A stretch of 64,000 bases of DNA from a virus. The stretch spans positions 4,328 to 68,327 of IMG/VR virus record IMGVR_UViG_3300030329_004107; one strand, given 5' to 3'. The stretch's first letter is position 1. Every line of letters starts with the position of its first letter. The notes under the pieces were generated by a model. It made no database searches, was not told the DNA's origin, and saw only the letters and a program-made list of their open reading frames with translations. Below, in pieces: positions 1 through 11,806 of this stretch. The translations under genes and the position numbers were made by a program.

Positions 1-3000
1 CTCATTTTCTGTAGCGTTGTTGACTGTTAAGTTGCCATCGCTACCACCAGTAACGCTTGTTACCACGGTTTGTGCTGTTACGGTTGGTAAAGCTGCCGAA
101 TGAACTGTAAAGTTAGCATTGCCATATCTTGCAGTACCAAGCGTAACTCTTACATCATCAATGAATGAAGAGGCTTGTCTGCTAGATGAGTCAAATTGGC
201 CAATTTCAATATCTCTTGTAGAATTAAATATTTTAAAATTATGCCCACATTGAGTAGAGGCTTTTAAAACTCCATCTACATAAAATCTAATATAATCAGC
301 TTCACGGACAGCGGCAAAATGATACCAAGTGTCATCCGATAAACTTAAGCTTGCAAGCGCGCTGTAATCCCAACTTCCACCACCGTCAGAAGTGTAAATG
401 CCATTATTTGATGACCCATTATAATAAAGAACCAAAGCACTTCCGCCATCACTGGTTGCGGCTGAATTTTTACCCTGACCAAACAAACCAAACGGGTTAG
501 AAGCATCGCCTATACGAGCCCAAAGCTCAATCGTCCAATCTTGGGTTCCCCAGATTTCATCTTCATCTATCTCATAGGTCATTCCTCCATCAGAGGCAGT
601 CGCTAAAGATGCTGAACCAAATTTCTTTTGCGAAGTAGACCGCGCTGCTGAACCTACTGCTACGCCATCATGCTTGAATACGCTCTCATCTTCTATGTTG
701 CTTTCGAAAGTATTTCTAATAAAAACTTGGCTCCAATACCCATCATTACTTGGTGGTACAGAAATCGTAGTAGTATTTTGAGAAAATGAACCAGCGGGTC
801 CAGTAGGCCCAGTGCTTCCAGCAGGACCAGTAGGCCCAGTACCACCAGCGGGACCAGCGGGACCGGCGGGACCAGTACTACCAGCGGGACCAGTACTACC
901 AGCGGGACCAGCGGGGCCAGCATCTCCATCGTCGCCAGCAGGACCGGCGGGACCGGCAGGACCAGCAGGACCAGTGCTGCCATTGCTACCAGCGGGACCA
1001 GTAGGCCCAGTGCTTCCAGCAGGACCAGTAGGCCCAGTGCTACCAGCAGAGCCAGCAGGACCAGCGGGGCCAGCGGGGCCAGCATCTCCATCGTCGCCAG
1101 CAGGACCAGCAGGACCGGCGGGACCAGTACTGCCAGCGGGACCAGCAGGACCAGTTGCGCCTGTCGCGCCACTAGGACCAGTAGGCCCAGTGCCACCAGC
1201 AGGACCGGCAGGACCAGCAGGACCAGCAGGACCAGTGCTGCCATTGCTACCAGCGGGGCCAGTAGGCCCAGTGCTTCCAGCAGGACCAGTAGGCCCAGTG
1301 CTACCAGCAGAACCAGCGGGACCGGCAGGACCAGTTGCGCCTGTCGCGCCACTAGGACCAGTAGGCCCAGTGCTACCAGCAGAGCCAGCGGGACCAGCGG
1401 GACCAGCGGGACCAGCGGGGCCAGCATCTCCATCGTCGCCAGCAGGACCGGCAGGACCAGCAGGACCAGTGCTACCAGCGGGACCAGTGCTGCCAGCGGG
1501 ACCAGCAGGACCAGTTGCGCCTGTCGCGCCACTAGGACCAGTAGGCCCAGTGCCACCAGCAGAACCAGCGGGACCAGCGGGACCGGCGGGACCAGTACTG
1601 CCAGCAGGACCAGTAGGCCCAGCGCCACCAGCAGGACCAGTAGGCCCAGCACCGCCAGCAGAACCAGCAGGACCAGTTGCTCCTACATTTCCGTAACGAG
1701 TAAAAGAAACAACTAATTTATCACCACTTTGAAATACTCCGGCTGTTTGGTTTGGCGTGGAATCTTGATCGCTGCAATAATTAAAGCTGATAGGAACAGT
1801 ATAATAATTTCCACTATCAGAAACAGAACCGTCGATGTCATAAGATACAAATTTATTACTCTCGTCTTCCTTGAAGATTAGAATATTACCTTTTGTACTA
1901 TTAGTTGAATCGTCTAACGCCTCAATCCAAGTCGCGTTGTCAATATCGTTATGACCTGTTTGGTGAATCCAAAGTTTTGTGGCTACTGCTAGGCCTGTAT
2001 TAAATACAGAAACTTGACCACTTGTTGGATTTACAATTGGAGTAGTTTGTCCATTATAAATATAGTTGACGCTATTGCCACCGATATTTGATCCTCTTAC
2101 GATGGGCGAAGCGCTAGCCGCAGATTCTCCAGAATTTTGTAATACGATTTTACCATCATTGTTAAGAGAAATTTTGGCTCCGTCCATGTGTAGTGAACCG
2201 CCGCCCATGTAAACTGATTTCCATAATCTAGAAGGCGAACCTAAATCATGAGAGTTGTTATCTGTGGGCATTATGTGGCCGCTCATAGCTAGCACACCGC
2301 GAATATCTAAAGCGCCAGAAGCGCTAGCTACTTTAGCGCTAGGTCCAACTAAAATTTTATCACTATCCCAACGGTTGTAAAATAAGCTATTTGCACCACT
2401 TATTTGGTCATTTTCATTAAACTGGAAAGACCCACTAACGCCTCCTGCGTCAGCAGAACCAGCAGGGCCAGCAGGACCAGCAGCGCCTTGAGGGCCGGTG
2501 GGGCCTGTTGTGCCAGCGGGGCCGGTAGGACCAGTACTTCCATTACTACCAGCGGGACCAGTAGGGCCAGCGCTACCAGCAGAACCAGCGGGACCAGTTG
2601 CACCTGTTGCACCGCTAGGCCCAACGGGTCCAGTGGGGCCAGCAGGGCCAGCGCCACCAGCGGAACCGGCAGGACCAGTTGCGCCTGTTGCGCCGCTAGG
2701 TCCAGTAGGTCCGGCGCTACCAGCAGGACCAGTTGCGCCAGCAGGACCAGTTGGACCAGCGGCTCCTCCGGGTCCGGCAGGTCCAGCGGAACCGGCAGGA
2801 CCAGTTGCGCCTGTTGCACCGCTAGGCCCAGTAGGACCAGCTACAGAGCTTGCAGCGCCTTCAGGCCCAGTTGGTCCAGCAGGACCAGTTGCGCCAGCAG
2901 GACCAGTGGGGCCAGCTACGCTACTTGCAGCGCCTTCAGGCCCAGTTGGGCCTCTTCCCCCAGCCGCCGTAAAACTCATAACGATGTTGTCGTTAAGAGA

Positions 3001-5088
3001 AAAAGAACTATTAGAAGCTACATGTCCTACATTTAATTTTCTATAACTTGTATGAGAAGATGTTGCACCAGTTATATTAAAAACAATATATTTACTAGAA
3101 TCATCTTCTTTAAAAAATCTAAGATGACCTCTTGGATTGTTTGTGGTATTATCATCTAAACTATCTAACCAAGATGTAGCGGAGTCCGCGCCGTTATCGA
3201 GATCATCTACAAAGATTTCAGTAACGCTAGACAAAGTCCCATGATTGAAAGACACTTTTCCATTACCGGGGTCTGCGTCACTTGTAGAAGTATTAAATTT
3301 ATACAATAAACTATTGCCGCCAAAAAGCCCTCTCGGGCCTGTAGGCCCAGTAGGCCCAGCGCTACCAGCAGGACCAGTAGGACCAGCGGGACCGATAGGG
3401 CCATCAGGACCAGCGGCTCCTCCGGGTCCGGTAGGCCCGGTTGCACCAGCGGGGCCAGTACTGCCAGCGGGACCAGTGGGACCAGCAGGACCAGTTGCGC
3501 CTGTTACGCCGCTAGGACCAATAGGGCCAGTAGGGCCAGTAGCGCCAGCAGCCGCAGCAGCACCAGCAGTTCTTGTGATTACAAATTCACATTCGCCAGT
3601 GATTGTAGTAACTGCCCCTGCTCCATCCGCGTCATCCATCCATGCAAACAACTCAAGATAATCATTAGTTGAAAGCTCAAGTGTTGTGTTGGTTTGTAAA
3701 GTCTTTTCGTCACCATAGCTACTTCCTCTGCTATATGCGGAACATCTGGTTTCGGTTATCTCAGAGCCGTTCTTAAAAATTGACGCTCTTGGAGAAGCTC
3801 TGTTACTACCTCCATTGTCAAATCCAATTGTAGCATTTATGTGATAGATACCACTAGCGGTTACTGTTACTCTTTTATTATTTGAACTAGTGGAATGCGT
3901 GAATATTGATGCCTTAGAAACTGTATTATCAAAACCAATTCCCGTTTTATTGGCGTAAGTTACGTTGATATTTTCGGTGACAGATGATTTATTTAAGTTA
4001 CAATAGTCAAGACTACCTCCAGCAGCACCAGAAGGCCCAAGAGCGCCTGTTGCGCCACTAGGACCAGTAGGCCCAGCGCTACCAGCAGGACCAGTAGGAC
4101 CAGCGGGACCAGTAGGGCCAGCGTGTCCTGCCTCGGTAAATGAAACTGCTACTCTGTCGCCGCTTGAAAAACTTAACGCTGGGCCAGAATTATAACGTAC
4201 TAAAACCTTTCTATATGAAGAATCAAGATCGTTATCTCCGGTAATCTCGAATGTCACATATGCACTAGCATTGTCTTCTTTAAAAATGGTTAGGTGGCCC
4301 CGAGGATCACTTCCGGTATTATCGTCAAGCTTGTTTAACCAGTTAACCATCGTCGATGTATCAACGTCAACATTATCGATATACAACGAGCTAACCAAAT
4401 CAATTGTAGCATGATTAAAAGCAACTCTTCCGTCTCCGGGATCGGCATCGGTGGTAGAATTATTAAATTTGTAAATGTGAGTATTGCCGCCAGCAAATCC
4501 GCGTGAACCTGAAGGACCAGTAGGACCGACATAAGTAGCGTCTCCAATTAACTTTAGGTTAAGAACGCCTGTAGCGCCCATGCCCGCATGATTTTTACAA
4601 TAGTAATAAAGCGTGCTTGGAGCCGAATGACTAACTTCGAATTGACTATAAGCGTTTGGATTTCCTGCAACACCATATGTTGTCCAGCCGTTAGTATATG
4701 GTGAGCCGCCTTCGTGTATACCTCCAGAAGTTGTAGAGATAAAAAAAGGATGACCAGAGTTAGTTCCTCCGGTCTGTAAGAAATTATATGTAAACCCTTT
4801 ATATAAATTTATTTGAGGAGTTAAAGCTCCATCCAGATAAAATCTATTCCCCGCCCCCGGATTGCTAACACTGACATCAATCTCTTGAGCTATAGCAATG
4901 CCCGTAGCACCGCTTGGTCCAGTAGGTCCGATAACGCCAGTAGCGCCGCTTGGGCCAAGTGGTCCAGCGGGTCCAATTGGACCTACAGGCCCTTGAATCC
5001 CTGCTGTTGCTGCTGTTGCTGACGAGCCTCCGACTATTGGAGCTTGTCCGGAAGCAGAACCAGCTACTATAACGTCTACCGATGCCAT
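1..5088 (-). CDS. Giant collagen-like tail fibre/virion protein (partial, runs off window start) with Gly-X-Y repeats, repeated globular domains, a YYYCxxHxGM motif and a LamG/concanavalin-like domain
   Basis: ATG at 5088 ([14 protein letters not shown]...). The frame reads GPAGPTG repeats where spot-checked and is still open at base 1. Bases ~100-690 read WTIELW...WYHFAAVR...FYVDG...FIDDVRVT (LamG-like). The track ORFs here are off-frame or antisense shadows. Confidence 0.85.
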   Translation of the reverse strand, partial: MASVDVIVAGSASGQAPIVGGSSATAATAGIQGPVGPIGPAGPLGPSGATGVIGPTGPSGATGIAIAQEIDVSVSNPGAGNRFYLDGALTPQINLYKGFTYNFLQTGGTNSGHPFFISTTSGGIHEGGSPYTNGWTTYGVAGNPNAYSQFEVSHSAPSTLYYYCKNHAGMGATGVLNLKLIGDATYVGPTGPSGSRGFAGGNTHIYKFNNSTTDADPGDGRVAFNHATIDLVSSLYIDNVDVDTSTMVNWLNKLDDNTGSDPRGHLTIFKEDNASAYVTFEITGDNDLDSSYRKVLVRYNSGPALSFSSGDRVAVSFTEAGHAGPTGPAGPTGPAGSAGPTGPSGATGALGPSGAAGGSLDYCNLNKSSVTENINVTYANKTGIGFDNTVSKASIFTHSTSSNNKRVTVTASGIYHINATIGFDNGGSNRASPRASIFKNGSEITETRCSAYSRGSSYGDEKTLQTNTTLELSTNDYLELFAWMDDADGAGAVTTITGECEFVITRTAGAAAAAGATGPTGPIGPSGVTGATGPAGPTGPAGSTGPAGATGPTGPGGAAGPDGPIGPAGPTGPAGSAGPTGPTGPRGLFGGNSLLYKFNTSTSDADPGNGKVSFNHGTLSSVTEIFVDDLDNGADSATSWLDSLDDNTTNNPRGHLRFFKEDDSSKYIVFNITGATSSHTSYRKLNVGHVASNSSFSLNDNIVMSFTAAGGRGPTGPEGAASSVAGPTGPAGATGPAGPTGPEGAASSVAGPTGPSGATGATGPAGSAGPAGPGGAAGPTGPAGATGPAGSAGPTGPSGATGATGPAGSAGGAGPAGPTGPVGPSGATGATGPAGSAGSAGPTGPAGSNGSTGPTGPAGTTGPTGPQGAAGPAGPAGSADAGGVSGSFQFNENDQISGANSLFYNRWDSDKILVGPSAKVASASGALDIRGVLAMSGHIMPTDNNSHDLGSPSRLWKSVYMGGGSLHMDGAKISLNNDGKIVLQNSGESAASASPIVRGSNIGGNSVNYIYNGQTTPIVNPTSGQVSVFNTGLAVATKLWIHQTGHNDIDNATWIEALDDSTNSTKGNILIFKEDESNKFVSYDIDGSVSDSGNYYTVPISFNYCSDQDSTPNQTAGVFQSGDKLVVSFTRYGNVGATGPAGSAGGAGPTGPAGGAGPTGPAGSTGPAGPAGPAGSAGGTGPTGPSGATGATGPAGPAGSTGPAGSTGPAGPAGPAGDDGDAGPAGPAGPAGPAGSAGSTGPTGPSGATGATGPAGPAGSAGSTGPTGPAGSTGPTGPAGSNGSTGPAGPAGPAGPAGGTGPTGPSGATGATGPAGPAGSTGPAGPAGPAGDDGDAGPAGPAGPAGSAGSTGPTGPAGSTGPTGPAGSNGSTGPAGPAGPAGPAGDDGDAGPAGPAGSTGPAGSTGPAGPAGPAGGTGPTGPAGSTGPTGPAGSFSQNTTTISVPPSNDGYWSQVFIRNTFESNIEDESVFKHDGVAVGSAARSTSQKKFGSASLATASDGGMTYEIDEDEIWGTQDWTIELWARIGDASNPFGLFGQGKNSAATSDGGSALVLYYNGSSNNGIYTSDGGGSWDYSALASLSLSDDTWYHFAAVREADYIRFYVDGVLKASTQCGHNFKIFNSTRDIEIGQFDSSSRQASSFIDDVRVTLGTARYGNANFTVHSAALPTVTAQTVVTSVTGGSDGNLTVNNATENE

Positions 5089-5092
5089 TTTA

Positions 5093-5431
5093 TTATCTCG
5101 TTACTTCGGGTAAAATATTAGCGTACCCGTAGATAAGTTTTTCTACATATGCACCTGAATATATTTCAATATCGTAAACGCCTTGGGTAATTGGTAAGCC
5201 TACGGTATCAGCGCCATTTAATTTAATGTCAACATAACCGCTAGCAAAATAACCAGAAACTCCACTTGGCTTTAAATCCAAAATAGAGGTGGTGTCAGAA
5301 TATTGATGTTTAACAAGGCCGCTTACTGAATAGCCAGACAAATTAATTGCGACTCCGTTCTCGTCTTTAGCGACAAGTCTTACTTCATACTTAGAGCCTT
5401 GCGTTATATTCAGATCATAATTTGTAGCCAT
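5093..5431 (-). CDS. Small virion structural protein (BppU N-terminal-like)
   Basis: YDLNITQG...GVYDIEI pattern is typical of phage fibre-associated Ig-like proteins; abuts the fibre gene. Confidence 0.55.
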   Translation of the reverse strand: MATNYDLNITQGSKYEVRLVAKDENGVAINLSGYSVSGLVKHQYSDTTSILDLKPSGVSGYFASGYVDIKLNGADTVGLPITQGVYDIEIYSGAYVEKLIYGYANILPEVTR

Positions 5432-5472
5432 AATATATACAATATTACACTACAGTCTGGAATTTTTATATA

Positions 5473-5856
5473 TTATTTACCCTCGTCTAAAATCTTCCTA
5501 ATTTCGGAAGAAACCTTGGGTGGCTCTTTTTCATCAGCCGGAACACGGTAGTTCGAAACGTGGCGGCGAAATTCCTTAAATAACCTATTTCTAAGTTGAT
5601 CTAAGTTTTCAGTGGGAATAATTCCAATTTTAGAAGCATGAGCATAAAGGTCTGATCTTGTCATTTCTTTAATTTGACTTTCGTAGTCTTCTTCTTGTAA
5701 GGTGTTATATTTCCACAAGCCGTCATCACCCCAAACTTGATCGAGGGTTCTTGCTTGGTACTCACTTTTACCGTGAGTTTGTTGTAAATCATCCAGTTTC
5801 TTACTGGCTTTGGCCGTTTTATTAGGCTTATTCTTTGAGGCTTTTTTTCTTGGCAT
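5473..5856 (-). CDS. Hypothetical phage protein, basic N-terminus
   Basis: ORF; GGAG upstream of MPRKK suggests the start is 5856. Confidence 0.6.
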   Translation of the reverse strand: MPRKKASKNKPNKTAKASKKLDDLQQTHGKSEYQARTLDQVWGDDGLWKYNTLQEEDYESQIKEMTRSDLYAHASKIGIIPTENLDQLRNRLFKEFRRHVSNYRVPADEKEPPKVSSEIRKILDEGK

Positions 5857-5924
5857 AATATTAATCTCCAAAACTGGTTACACTATTATAACTCAAATAG
5901 GAACAAAAAAAAACAAATTTTTAA

Positions 5925-5953
5925 TAAAAAAAATCCGGGCCGAAGCCCGGATT
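5925..5953 (-). terminator. Rho-independent terminator after the major capsid gene
   Basis: AATCCGGGC-TTCG-GCCCGGATT hairpin followed by a T-run on the minus strand. Confidence 0.85.
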
Positions 5954-5972
5954 GAATTGTTTTAGTATTAGC

Positions 5973-7100
5973 TTAGACAGCGATACCAACAACAGCACGG
6001 CTATCGATGCAGACGCGGCCTTCTTCGAGGAACCCGTAAAAACCGAGCTTCTCAGAGCGGACACTCCACTGATCGTCAGCGAGAGCGGTAAAGCTACCAT
6101 TGCTCTCATGCTGCTGTGCAACAGGACGGATGAACGCGCCCTTGCTGTTATCAACACCAACGAGGATTTCGTCAGAGGCTTCTACGAATGCGTGAGCACC
6201 ACCAGAGCCATCAGGCGCGATGTTGCCGGAATCGAATTCGTCGAACAGCTTGTTGTACTTCTTGCCAGTGCCAAACTCGTTCATCTCAACGAGGTTGATA
6301 CCGTACAACTCTTGCGTACCAGCAGCGCGGAAGATGCCATCACGTACATTGTCCGGAAGGGCAATGGAAGTAGATGTATCAGAACCGCTACCTGTTGAAC
6401 CGGCACGGGTGTTCATCGGCTGATAAGCGAAACCGCGAACTTGCTGCATCATCTCGGGAGAGAGGTACAGGTCAGTTACACCGTTGCTGTATGCGCTATC
6501 AGGCGAGCCGTTAGCGAAGGACTCATTGAGTCTACGCATGCGGGTCATCAAACGATTCAAGTCGTCAAGCTGGAATACACTCTCCGTGGTAGCAGCAATA
6601 ACATGCTTATTACCACCGTGACTGCCTTCACCAAGAGCCTTAAGAACAACGGCCCAAGCATTACGCTCTTGCTTAACAAGAATCTCTTGCGCCATTCTTT
6701 CAGTAGCTTTGCTGACAACATCCAAGCGACCACGACGGGCATAACGTCTCAACAGGCTTACGGCGCTGTCAAGGCGATACGTCGAAATCTTCAGTTCCTT
6801 CATGCCTTCTACGTGGGAAGTCGGAAGACCACCGGCGATAGATTGCGAAACAACCGAGACCATATTATCGTAATCATTATAATACAAATCCAACGGATAG
6901 CTGGGTGCATCATCTTCATCATACGGAGCATCAGTGTAAATTGCACTGGCTGTTCCGGCTTGAGAAAGAACTTGTTGGACTACCGGCCCGAGAAATGCAG
7001 CAAAAGCTTCTGCCGCTTCTCTCGCCACGGTGTAATCTTTCGATCCCATCGCTTTGATAAGCTCAACTTGCTCTGGAGTATTTTTTAAATTTAATCTCAT
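5973..7100 (-). CDS. Major capsid protein (probably HK97 fold)
   Basis: 375 aa, strong RBS and codon bias, follows the protease/scaffold and decoration genes, strong terminator after it. Confidence 0.75.
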   Translation of the reverse strand: MRLNLKNTPEQVELIKAMGSKDYTVAREAAEAFAAFLGPVVQQVLSQAGTASAIYTDAPYDEDDAPSYPLDLYYNDYDNMVSVVSQSIAGGLPTSHVEGMKELKISTYRLDSAVSLLRRYARRGRLDVVSKATERMAQEILVKQERNAWAVVLKALGEGSHGGNKHVIAATTESVFQLDDLNRLMTRMRRLNESFANGSPDSAYSNGVTDLYLSPEMMQQVRGFAYQPMNTRAGSTGSGSDTSTSIALPDNVRDGIFRAAGTQELYGINLVEMNEFGTGKKYNKLFDEFDSGNIAPDGSGGAHAFVEASDEILVGVDNSKGAFIRPVAQQHESNGSFTALADDQWSVRSEKLGFYGFLEEGRVCIDSRAVVGIAV

Positions 7101-7125
7101 CTTTATAATCTCCTATTTTAAATGT

Positions 7126-7671
7126 TTAGAGGTTGATCCTCACCAATACGTGGTTATTATCGTCCTCCGCACCCAAAGCGATGCCAACCGCCGAACCGCC
7201 ACCATCGGTGGTCGTCAATTCGCCGTTGTTATCCGAGTACAGGGTAGCGCCTAACGTCGGATTATCCGCCGCTAACTGCGTACCGCTATAAAGAACAATA
7301 CCTCTTGTCATAACGGGAACAGCTTGTCCGCTAAGAACGACATCGTTTTCAGCAGCCTTGCGAGGATTGAAGATAAACTTCTCTCCGTTCTCGTCGGTTT
7401 CTTTTACGTCATAGAGCATCATTCCAAGAACTGAATCACCAGAACCCGCTACCGCTACCTTCGCCGCTACGCCATATCTTTCAGATACGGTGTTGGCATA
7501 GGATGAACCCACCGCGCCAAGGCGATCAAGTTCGGCAGTATTGGACCAGCCAGCTTGGAGCTTAACCATATGACCTTTAGTAACACCATTGGTTACGTCT
7601 CCGCTCAAGCTGAACAGATTAATAACATCGTGCTCGTCATAATCTCTAAATGGTCTTAATGTAGTTGCCAT
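7126..7671 (-). CDS. Head decoration/cement protein
   Basis: Gly-rich 181 aa with AVPVMTRG...VGIALG pattern, between scaffold and capsid genes. Confidence 0.6.
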   Translation of the reverse strand: MATTLRPFRDYDEHDVINLFSLSGDVTNGVTKGHMVKLQAGWSNTAELDRLGAVGSSYANTVSERYGVAAKVAVAGSGDSVLGMMLYDVKETDENGEKFIFNPRKAAENDVVLSGQAVPVMTRGIVLYSGTQLAADNPTLGATLYSDNNGELTTTDGGGSAVGIALGAEDDNNHVLVRINL

Positions 7672-7699
7672 AATTTATATTCTCCTAATTTGTTAATTT

Positions 7700-9448
7700 T
7701 TACAATTTAATTTCAAATCCTTCCATCGAGAAGGCATTTTTGTATTTTTCATAAACGGTGGGCTCAGAAGCCTCGGAGGTTACTGGAACGGATTCCGTAG
7801 TCTCTTCAGCAGCTTCAATAGCTTCGTCTACAACATCTTCTGCCGTGTCAACAGGCTCTTCAGCCTTGGTCTCTTCGGCTTGAGGCTTTTCAGTCTCGGT
7901 TTTTTCGGCGCTAGCTTCTTCGGTCTCTGTCTCTTTCGCCTCGTCGGATGCTTCCGCAGTCTCCTGCGTAGCATTTGACGAACTCCAGAGCTTATTAACC
8001 AAAGCCTCGACGGCCTTTAGAGGTAATCCCATTTTCATGGCCTTGGACAGCATCTTTTCTAATTCCTTTTCAGGATTTAATGCTTGTCCTTCTTCTAAAG
8101 AAGCAACGACCTCTTCCTGTTTTTCTTTAGAACTGAGAAGTACGCCCATTTTGCTTTCCCAAGCAGAATAAGCCTCTTCATCAAGTTCCTTGATGTCGGA
8201 AGCAATAACTTCTCGATCTTCGTCAGTCAGAGCATACTTCTCATCAAGAGTAGCCATGCGTTGACTAAAAAGTTGTTGTTTTTCTCTCTCGATCTTCTCA
8301 GCCTTTAAAGAGTCTAACTCTTCCGATACGGAAGCAAGATCACTCTTAAGCTGTTCCTGATCCTTAACTAAAGCTTCGGACTTCTCCTCGGCGGCTTGAA
8401 GGGCTGTATCAACCTTGGCTTTTTCTTCCAAGTATTGTTCACTTGCCTTCTTTAGCTCATCCTCGATGAAGTCACTAATTTGCGAAGCCTCAATTTCTTT
8501 GAGAGACTCATTAGTAATATCACTAAGTTTCTCGATCTTCATAATACTAGTATCCTTGTTTTCTTTTACATTATTTTCTTTAGAATGTGAAATATTATTT
8601 TGTTTGTTTAGGTTGGTTTTTAACTCGTTTTGAGTTTTTTCGGAAATTTCTTTTGCGTCTTTATCATCGGCGCTTTTAACGTTTTTTACTAATTTAATTT
8701 CTTCTGTGTCAGATTTTACCAATACGCCGATTACATCTGCGGCTGGCGTCTCTGTTAAACCTATTCCGAGGGGAACTACATTACCGATGACTTTTCTATA
8801 AACATTGTGTCCATCGTCGGTAACTCCTTCGCCTCCTAATGATCGTAAATTAGACTTTAATTCGTCGATTTGATCATCATCGTCAATAATTTCAGCATTT
8901 TCTAAATTTTTTTCATCTCCGACAGTTAAAGCTAAGTCATAGTCACTAAAGCCTAATTCCCAGCTAGCGGAAATGCCTAAATAGTTATCGCTAGTCGGGT
9001 CGCTAGAATCCTCTAGCCTGTCAGCGACATCAGAATTTACCACCTTCCAAACAACGCCGCCTAAAGTGACGTTAAAAGGAGTGTCTGTATTTATAATATC
9101 CTCTTCTGAAAGCGGCTTGTCTGTGCCGAATTCACTATAACCAGCAGTTAAGACAACTCCTATCACGCGGGTTCTATTGTGCTCAATATTAATCGGTTTG
9201 TTCGCAAAAGATTTAGCTATTTCAATGGCTGTTTGGGTGTCTACTACATCGCCATTTTTATTGACTCTATTAGCTACAAAGGCGTTGAAAGCCACGGGAA
9301 GAAGGTCGATATTTTTATCCGCATCAACATCAGGAATATAAGCTCCAATGTCAGCAAGGCTCGCAATAGCGAGATATTTATCTTTCTCTTCAGGAATTAC
9401 CGATTTGATTATCGAACTGAAAGTGGTTGTAAACTTAAAATTTTTCAT
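7700..9448 (-). CDS. Prohead protease fused to an acidic coiled-coil scaffold
   Basis: N-terminal NKNGD...KPINIEH...SASWE...GIGLTETPA protease-like motifs; Glu/Ala-rich C-terminus. Confidence 0.7.
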   Translation of the reverse strand: MKNFKFTTTFSSIIKSVIPEEKDKYLAIASLADIGAYIPDVDADKNIDLLPVAFNAFVANRVNKNGDVVDTQTAIEIAKSFANKPINIEHNRTRVIGVVLTAGYSEFGTDKPLSEEDIINTDTPFNVTLGGVVWKVVNSDVADRLEDSSDPTSDNYLGISASWELGFSDYDLALTVGDEKNLENAEIIDDDDQIDELKSNLRSLGGEGVTDDGHNVYRKVIGNVVPLGIGLTETPAADVIGVLVKSDTEEIKLVKNVKSADDKDAKEISEKTQNELKTNLNKQNNISHSKENNVKENKDTSIMKIEKLSDITNESLKEIEASQISDFIEDELKKASEQYLEEKAKVDTALQAAEEKSEALVKDQEQLKSDLASVSEELDSLKAEKIEREKQQLFSQRMATLDEKYALTDEDREVIASDIKELDEEAYSAWESKMGVLLSSKEKQEEVVASLEEGQALNPEKELEKMLSKAMKMGLPLKAVEALVNKLWSSSNATQETAEASDEAKETETEEASAEKTETEKPQAEETKAEEPVDTAEDVVDEAIEAAEETTESVPVTSEASEPTVYEKYKNAFSMEGFEIKL

Positions 9449-9449
9449 C

Positions 9450-9734
9450 TTATACTGCTGATAAATCTTCTACGTAATAAGTAACTGTTACGTCTCCTGC
9501 CGTGCTATGCAGGGCTACATTTACACCGATAGGAATGCCCGATCTCATATTAGAGCTTCCAGCCGGAATGTAAGCTACTACATCTCCACTTCCGTTTGTT
9601 TGCTTAAATGTGGTTGCCGCACTCGCCAAAATATCGACAATGACAATTTGCTTACTCGCACCCGGCGCAGCAATTACTGCACCAGCGCCACTTCGCGCTG
9701 CAACATTTAATCTTAAATCTCTTAAATTTGCCAT
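9450..9734 (-). CDS. Small structural protein
   Basis: ORF tightly packed in the head operon. Confidence 0.55.
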   Translation of the reverse strand: MANLRDLRLNVAARSGAGAVIAAPGASKQIVIVDILASAATTFKQTNGSGDVVAYIPAGSSNMRSGIPIGVNVALHSTAGDVTVTYYVEDLSAV

Positions 9735-9749
9735 AATTTTTCCTTTTCG

Positions 9750-10268
9750 TTAATCCCAATGAAACTGTAATGGTTCTGGTTCTTTAATATTATATAACTC
9801 GTCTATACAATTAAAGTTATAATCTACATTAAACTTTTGGATGTCTTCTTTTGCAGTGTTCCAACACTCAAGATCGGGTACTGCGCCATGAATAATGTCA
9901 ATGTTAGATAATGATAAATAATTTCCTGATTCGATGTCTAAGTGAGGTATTTTGCCGATTGTGATATTTAAAAACATATTAATTCTGGCAAAACCTAAAT
10001 GATTTTTATTTTCTGGATGCTTTGTTGGATCGAAGGAGTTTACCGCACTGCAATAAACTTGCTTTAATTGAGCTAGGCTGACTTTGGAATTTTTATTGGC
10101 AGCATTATGCTCTCTCATTTTGGTGTCAAAAGCCTTAATTAGCTTTGAAGAGAATTCTACCGCTTGATCCTGAGACTCAATTAGCGAAGATTTTTGTTCT
10201 CCCATATCATCATCAGCATCAATATTCTCTGTGTTCACAAAGCTATCAGAATCATTATGTGTAGACAT
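9750..10268 (-). CDS. Hypothetical protein
   Basis: ORF in the operon, preceded by a GTGTA-type motif. Confidence 0.55.
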   Translation of the reverse strand: MSTHNDSDSFVNTENIDADDDMGEQKSSLIESQDQAVEFSSKLIKAFDTKMREHNAANKNSKVSLAQLKQVYCSAVNSFDPTKHPENKNHLGFARINMFLNITIGKIPHLDIESGNYLSLSNIDIIHGAVPDLECWNTAKEDIQKFNVDYNFNCIDELYNIKEPEPLQFHWD

Positions 10269-10313
10269 CCATTATTATATACACTTCCACAAGAGAAATA
10301 TATAAAAAATAAT

Positions 10314-10345
10314 AAAAAAAGCCCGCGCCGAAATCGACGCGGGTT
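10314..10345 (-). terminator. Rho-independent terminator
   Basis: CCCGCGTCG-ATTT-CGGCGCGGG hairpin plus T-run. Confidence 0.75.
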
Positions 10346-10366
10346 GCGTGTGTTAGAACTATTTGA

Positions 10367-10558
10367 CTAGTCTTCCTTAACCGGGGCAACGCCAGCCTTC
10401 ACAAAGGGCAGGGTAACATTTACCCCGTCCTTGTTTACGGATGCGTCAACCCACGGTGGATTAGCCGAAGGTCCAACTGTAGTGGTAGCGGAACATCCCG
10501 TACCGAGGACGACAGCGACAGCCGCTGCCATTGTTACTAGTTTTGCTTTATTACTCAT
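10367..10558 (-). CDS. Small lipoprotein
   Basis: Hydrophobic signal peptide ending LGTGC (lipobox-like). Confidence 0.6.
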   Translation of the reverse strand: MSNKAKLVTMAAAVAVVLGTGCSATTTVGPSANPPWVDASVNKDGVNVTLPFVKAGVAPVKED

Positions 10559-10593
10559 AGTACAAAAGCATTATACCATGAACTTTAGGAATG

Positions 10594-11115
10594 TCAAAAG
10601 GTTTTTTGTATTTTTTTTAGGAGATAAACCTGAATAATCTCAGTTTTTTCGCCAAAGTGAGTTTTAATATTCTTGTCGTTAGGATAGCACATCCAGTGCC
10701 AATCTTGGCTTAATGAGGCTCCTTTGACTAAAACTATGGCTACATCGCCCTTTTTTAAGGAATTAAAATCGTCTATTTTTTCTATTGTATATCCGTGGTT
10801 ATTTAAATATTTTTTTATTTCGCAAGGCCAAGTAATCATGAAAGAATCGTGATGGAATAAAGAAAGTAATGATCTGGAAATATTACCGGACTTTTGAATT
10901 TCTTGGCTTATATTTTTATAAGTAGCTCTTTCCCCGAAGTTAGATTTTGCGTCACGGATGGCGTCTACCCCACAAGACCTATAATGCTTTCTATAAAAGC
11001 CTAGATCGTCTTTGGCTGCCGATTCTGGGTGAAACGCTATACATCCAGAGTTAAGCAAGCTTATCGCTGTCAACCAAATAAGAGCCTTTGATATGTGTTT
11101 TTTGGAAAATAACAT
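10594..11115 (-). CDS. Putative C39-like cysteine peptidase lipoprotein
   Basis: Lipobox-like NSGC; SCG and WHW motifs spaced as in papain-like C39 peptidases. Confidence 0.45.
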   Translation of the reverse strand: MLFSKKHISKALIWLTAISLLNSGCIAFHPESAAKDDLGFYRKHYRSCGVDAIRDAKSNFGERATYKNISQEIQKSGNISRSLLSLFHHDSFMITWPCEIKKYLNNHGYTIEKIDDFNSLKKGDVAIVLVKGASLSQDWHWMCYPNDKNIKTHFGEKTEIIQVYLLKKIQKTF

Positions 11116-11378
11116 TTTCTAAACTTTTAACTTTCAAGTATTGTACAATATTTAAACCTAAGCTCATTCCCAGCAACATAGCGACAGTCACAGAAATCAA
11201 GAGTTTTTTAACCCCTTCTCCCATAGCTAAAATATTTTTCGCCGGTAAATTGCTCATTTTATTTTCCCTTTTTTCCTTTTTATTCTTAAATAACCACCAT
11301 TCTCCGTTTTTATCTTGACAAGCCCATTCGTCTTCTAAACCTGTCCACCACTTTGAATTCTTGTCCAATTTTCTCATT

Positions 11379-11723
11379 TCATGCCTCGGATCGAGAAGGA
11401 GAGCCTTCTGGCTGCGCCGGTATTGGCATTCCTCTTAGTTTTCTAAGTTCTAATATCAATTGGTTAATTATCTGGTTTTGCCTATTAATGTGCTCTCTTT
11501 GAGATTCGATTTCGTTTTCGTGGAAAGTAATTGTCCTTTGCACCTCTCCTAAGATGTCGATCTGCTCCCTCATTGAATCGACTTCTTGACCCTGCATTTG
11601 GAGGTCTTTTACGACATACAGGGGGAAGAATATAACAACGGCAACCATAAACGCTACAAAGGCTTGCTTGTACTTAATTAATGAATCAGCTAGAAAGTCC
11701 GCAAACCGCTTGAATGCATTCAT
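11379..11723 (-). CDS. Membrane-anchored coiled-coil protein
   Basis: One TM helix then a coiled coil; likely start MNAFKRF. Confidence 0.5.
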   Translation of the reverse strand: MNAFKRFADFLADSLIKYKQAFVAFMVAVVIFFPLYVVKDLQMQGQEVDSMREQIDILGEVQRTITFHENEIESQREHINRQNQIINQLILELRKLRGMPIPAQPEGSPSRSEA

Positions 11724-11745
11724 ATATATAATTACACCCAAAACG

Positions 11746-11776
11746 AAAAAAAGAGGGGTCTTTCGACCCCCCTTTC
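11746..11776 (-). terminator. Rho-independent terminator
   Basis: GGGGGTC-GAAA-GACCCCTC hairpin plus T-run. Confidence 0.8.
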
Positions 11777-11806
11777 CACTTTGCCGAGACTTACACTACC
11801 ACACGC

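Noticed and set aside
693-3661. Track ORFs rich in LV or PAGP repeats
   Set aside because: Off-frame or antisense shadows of the collagen gene; the real frame is minus strand from 5088 to beyond base 1.
5952-7088. Plus-strand ORFs over the capsid gene (and most other plus-strand track ORFs)
   Set aside because: Antisense shadows produced by codon bias of the minus-strand genes.
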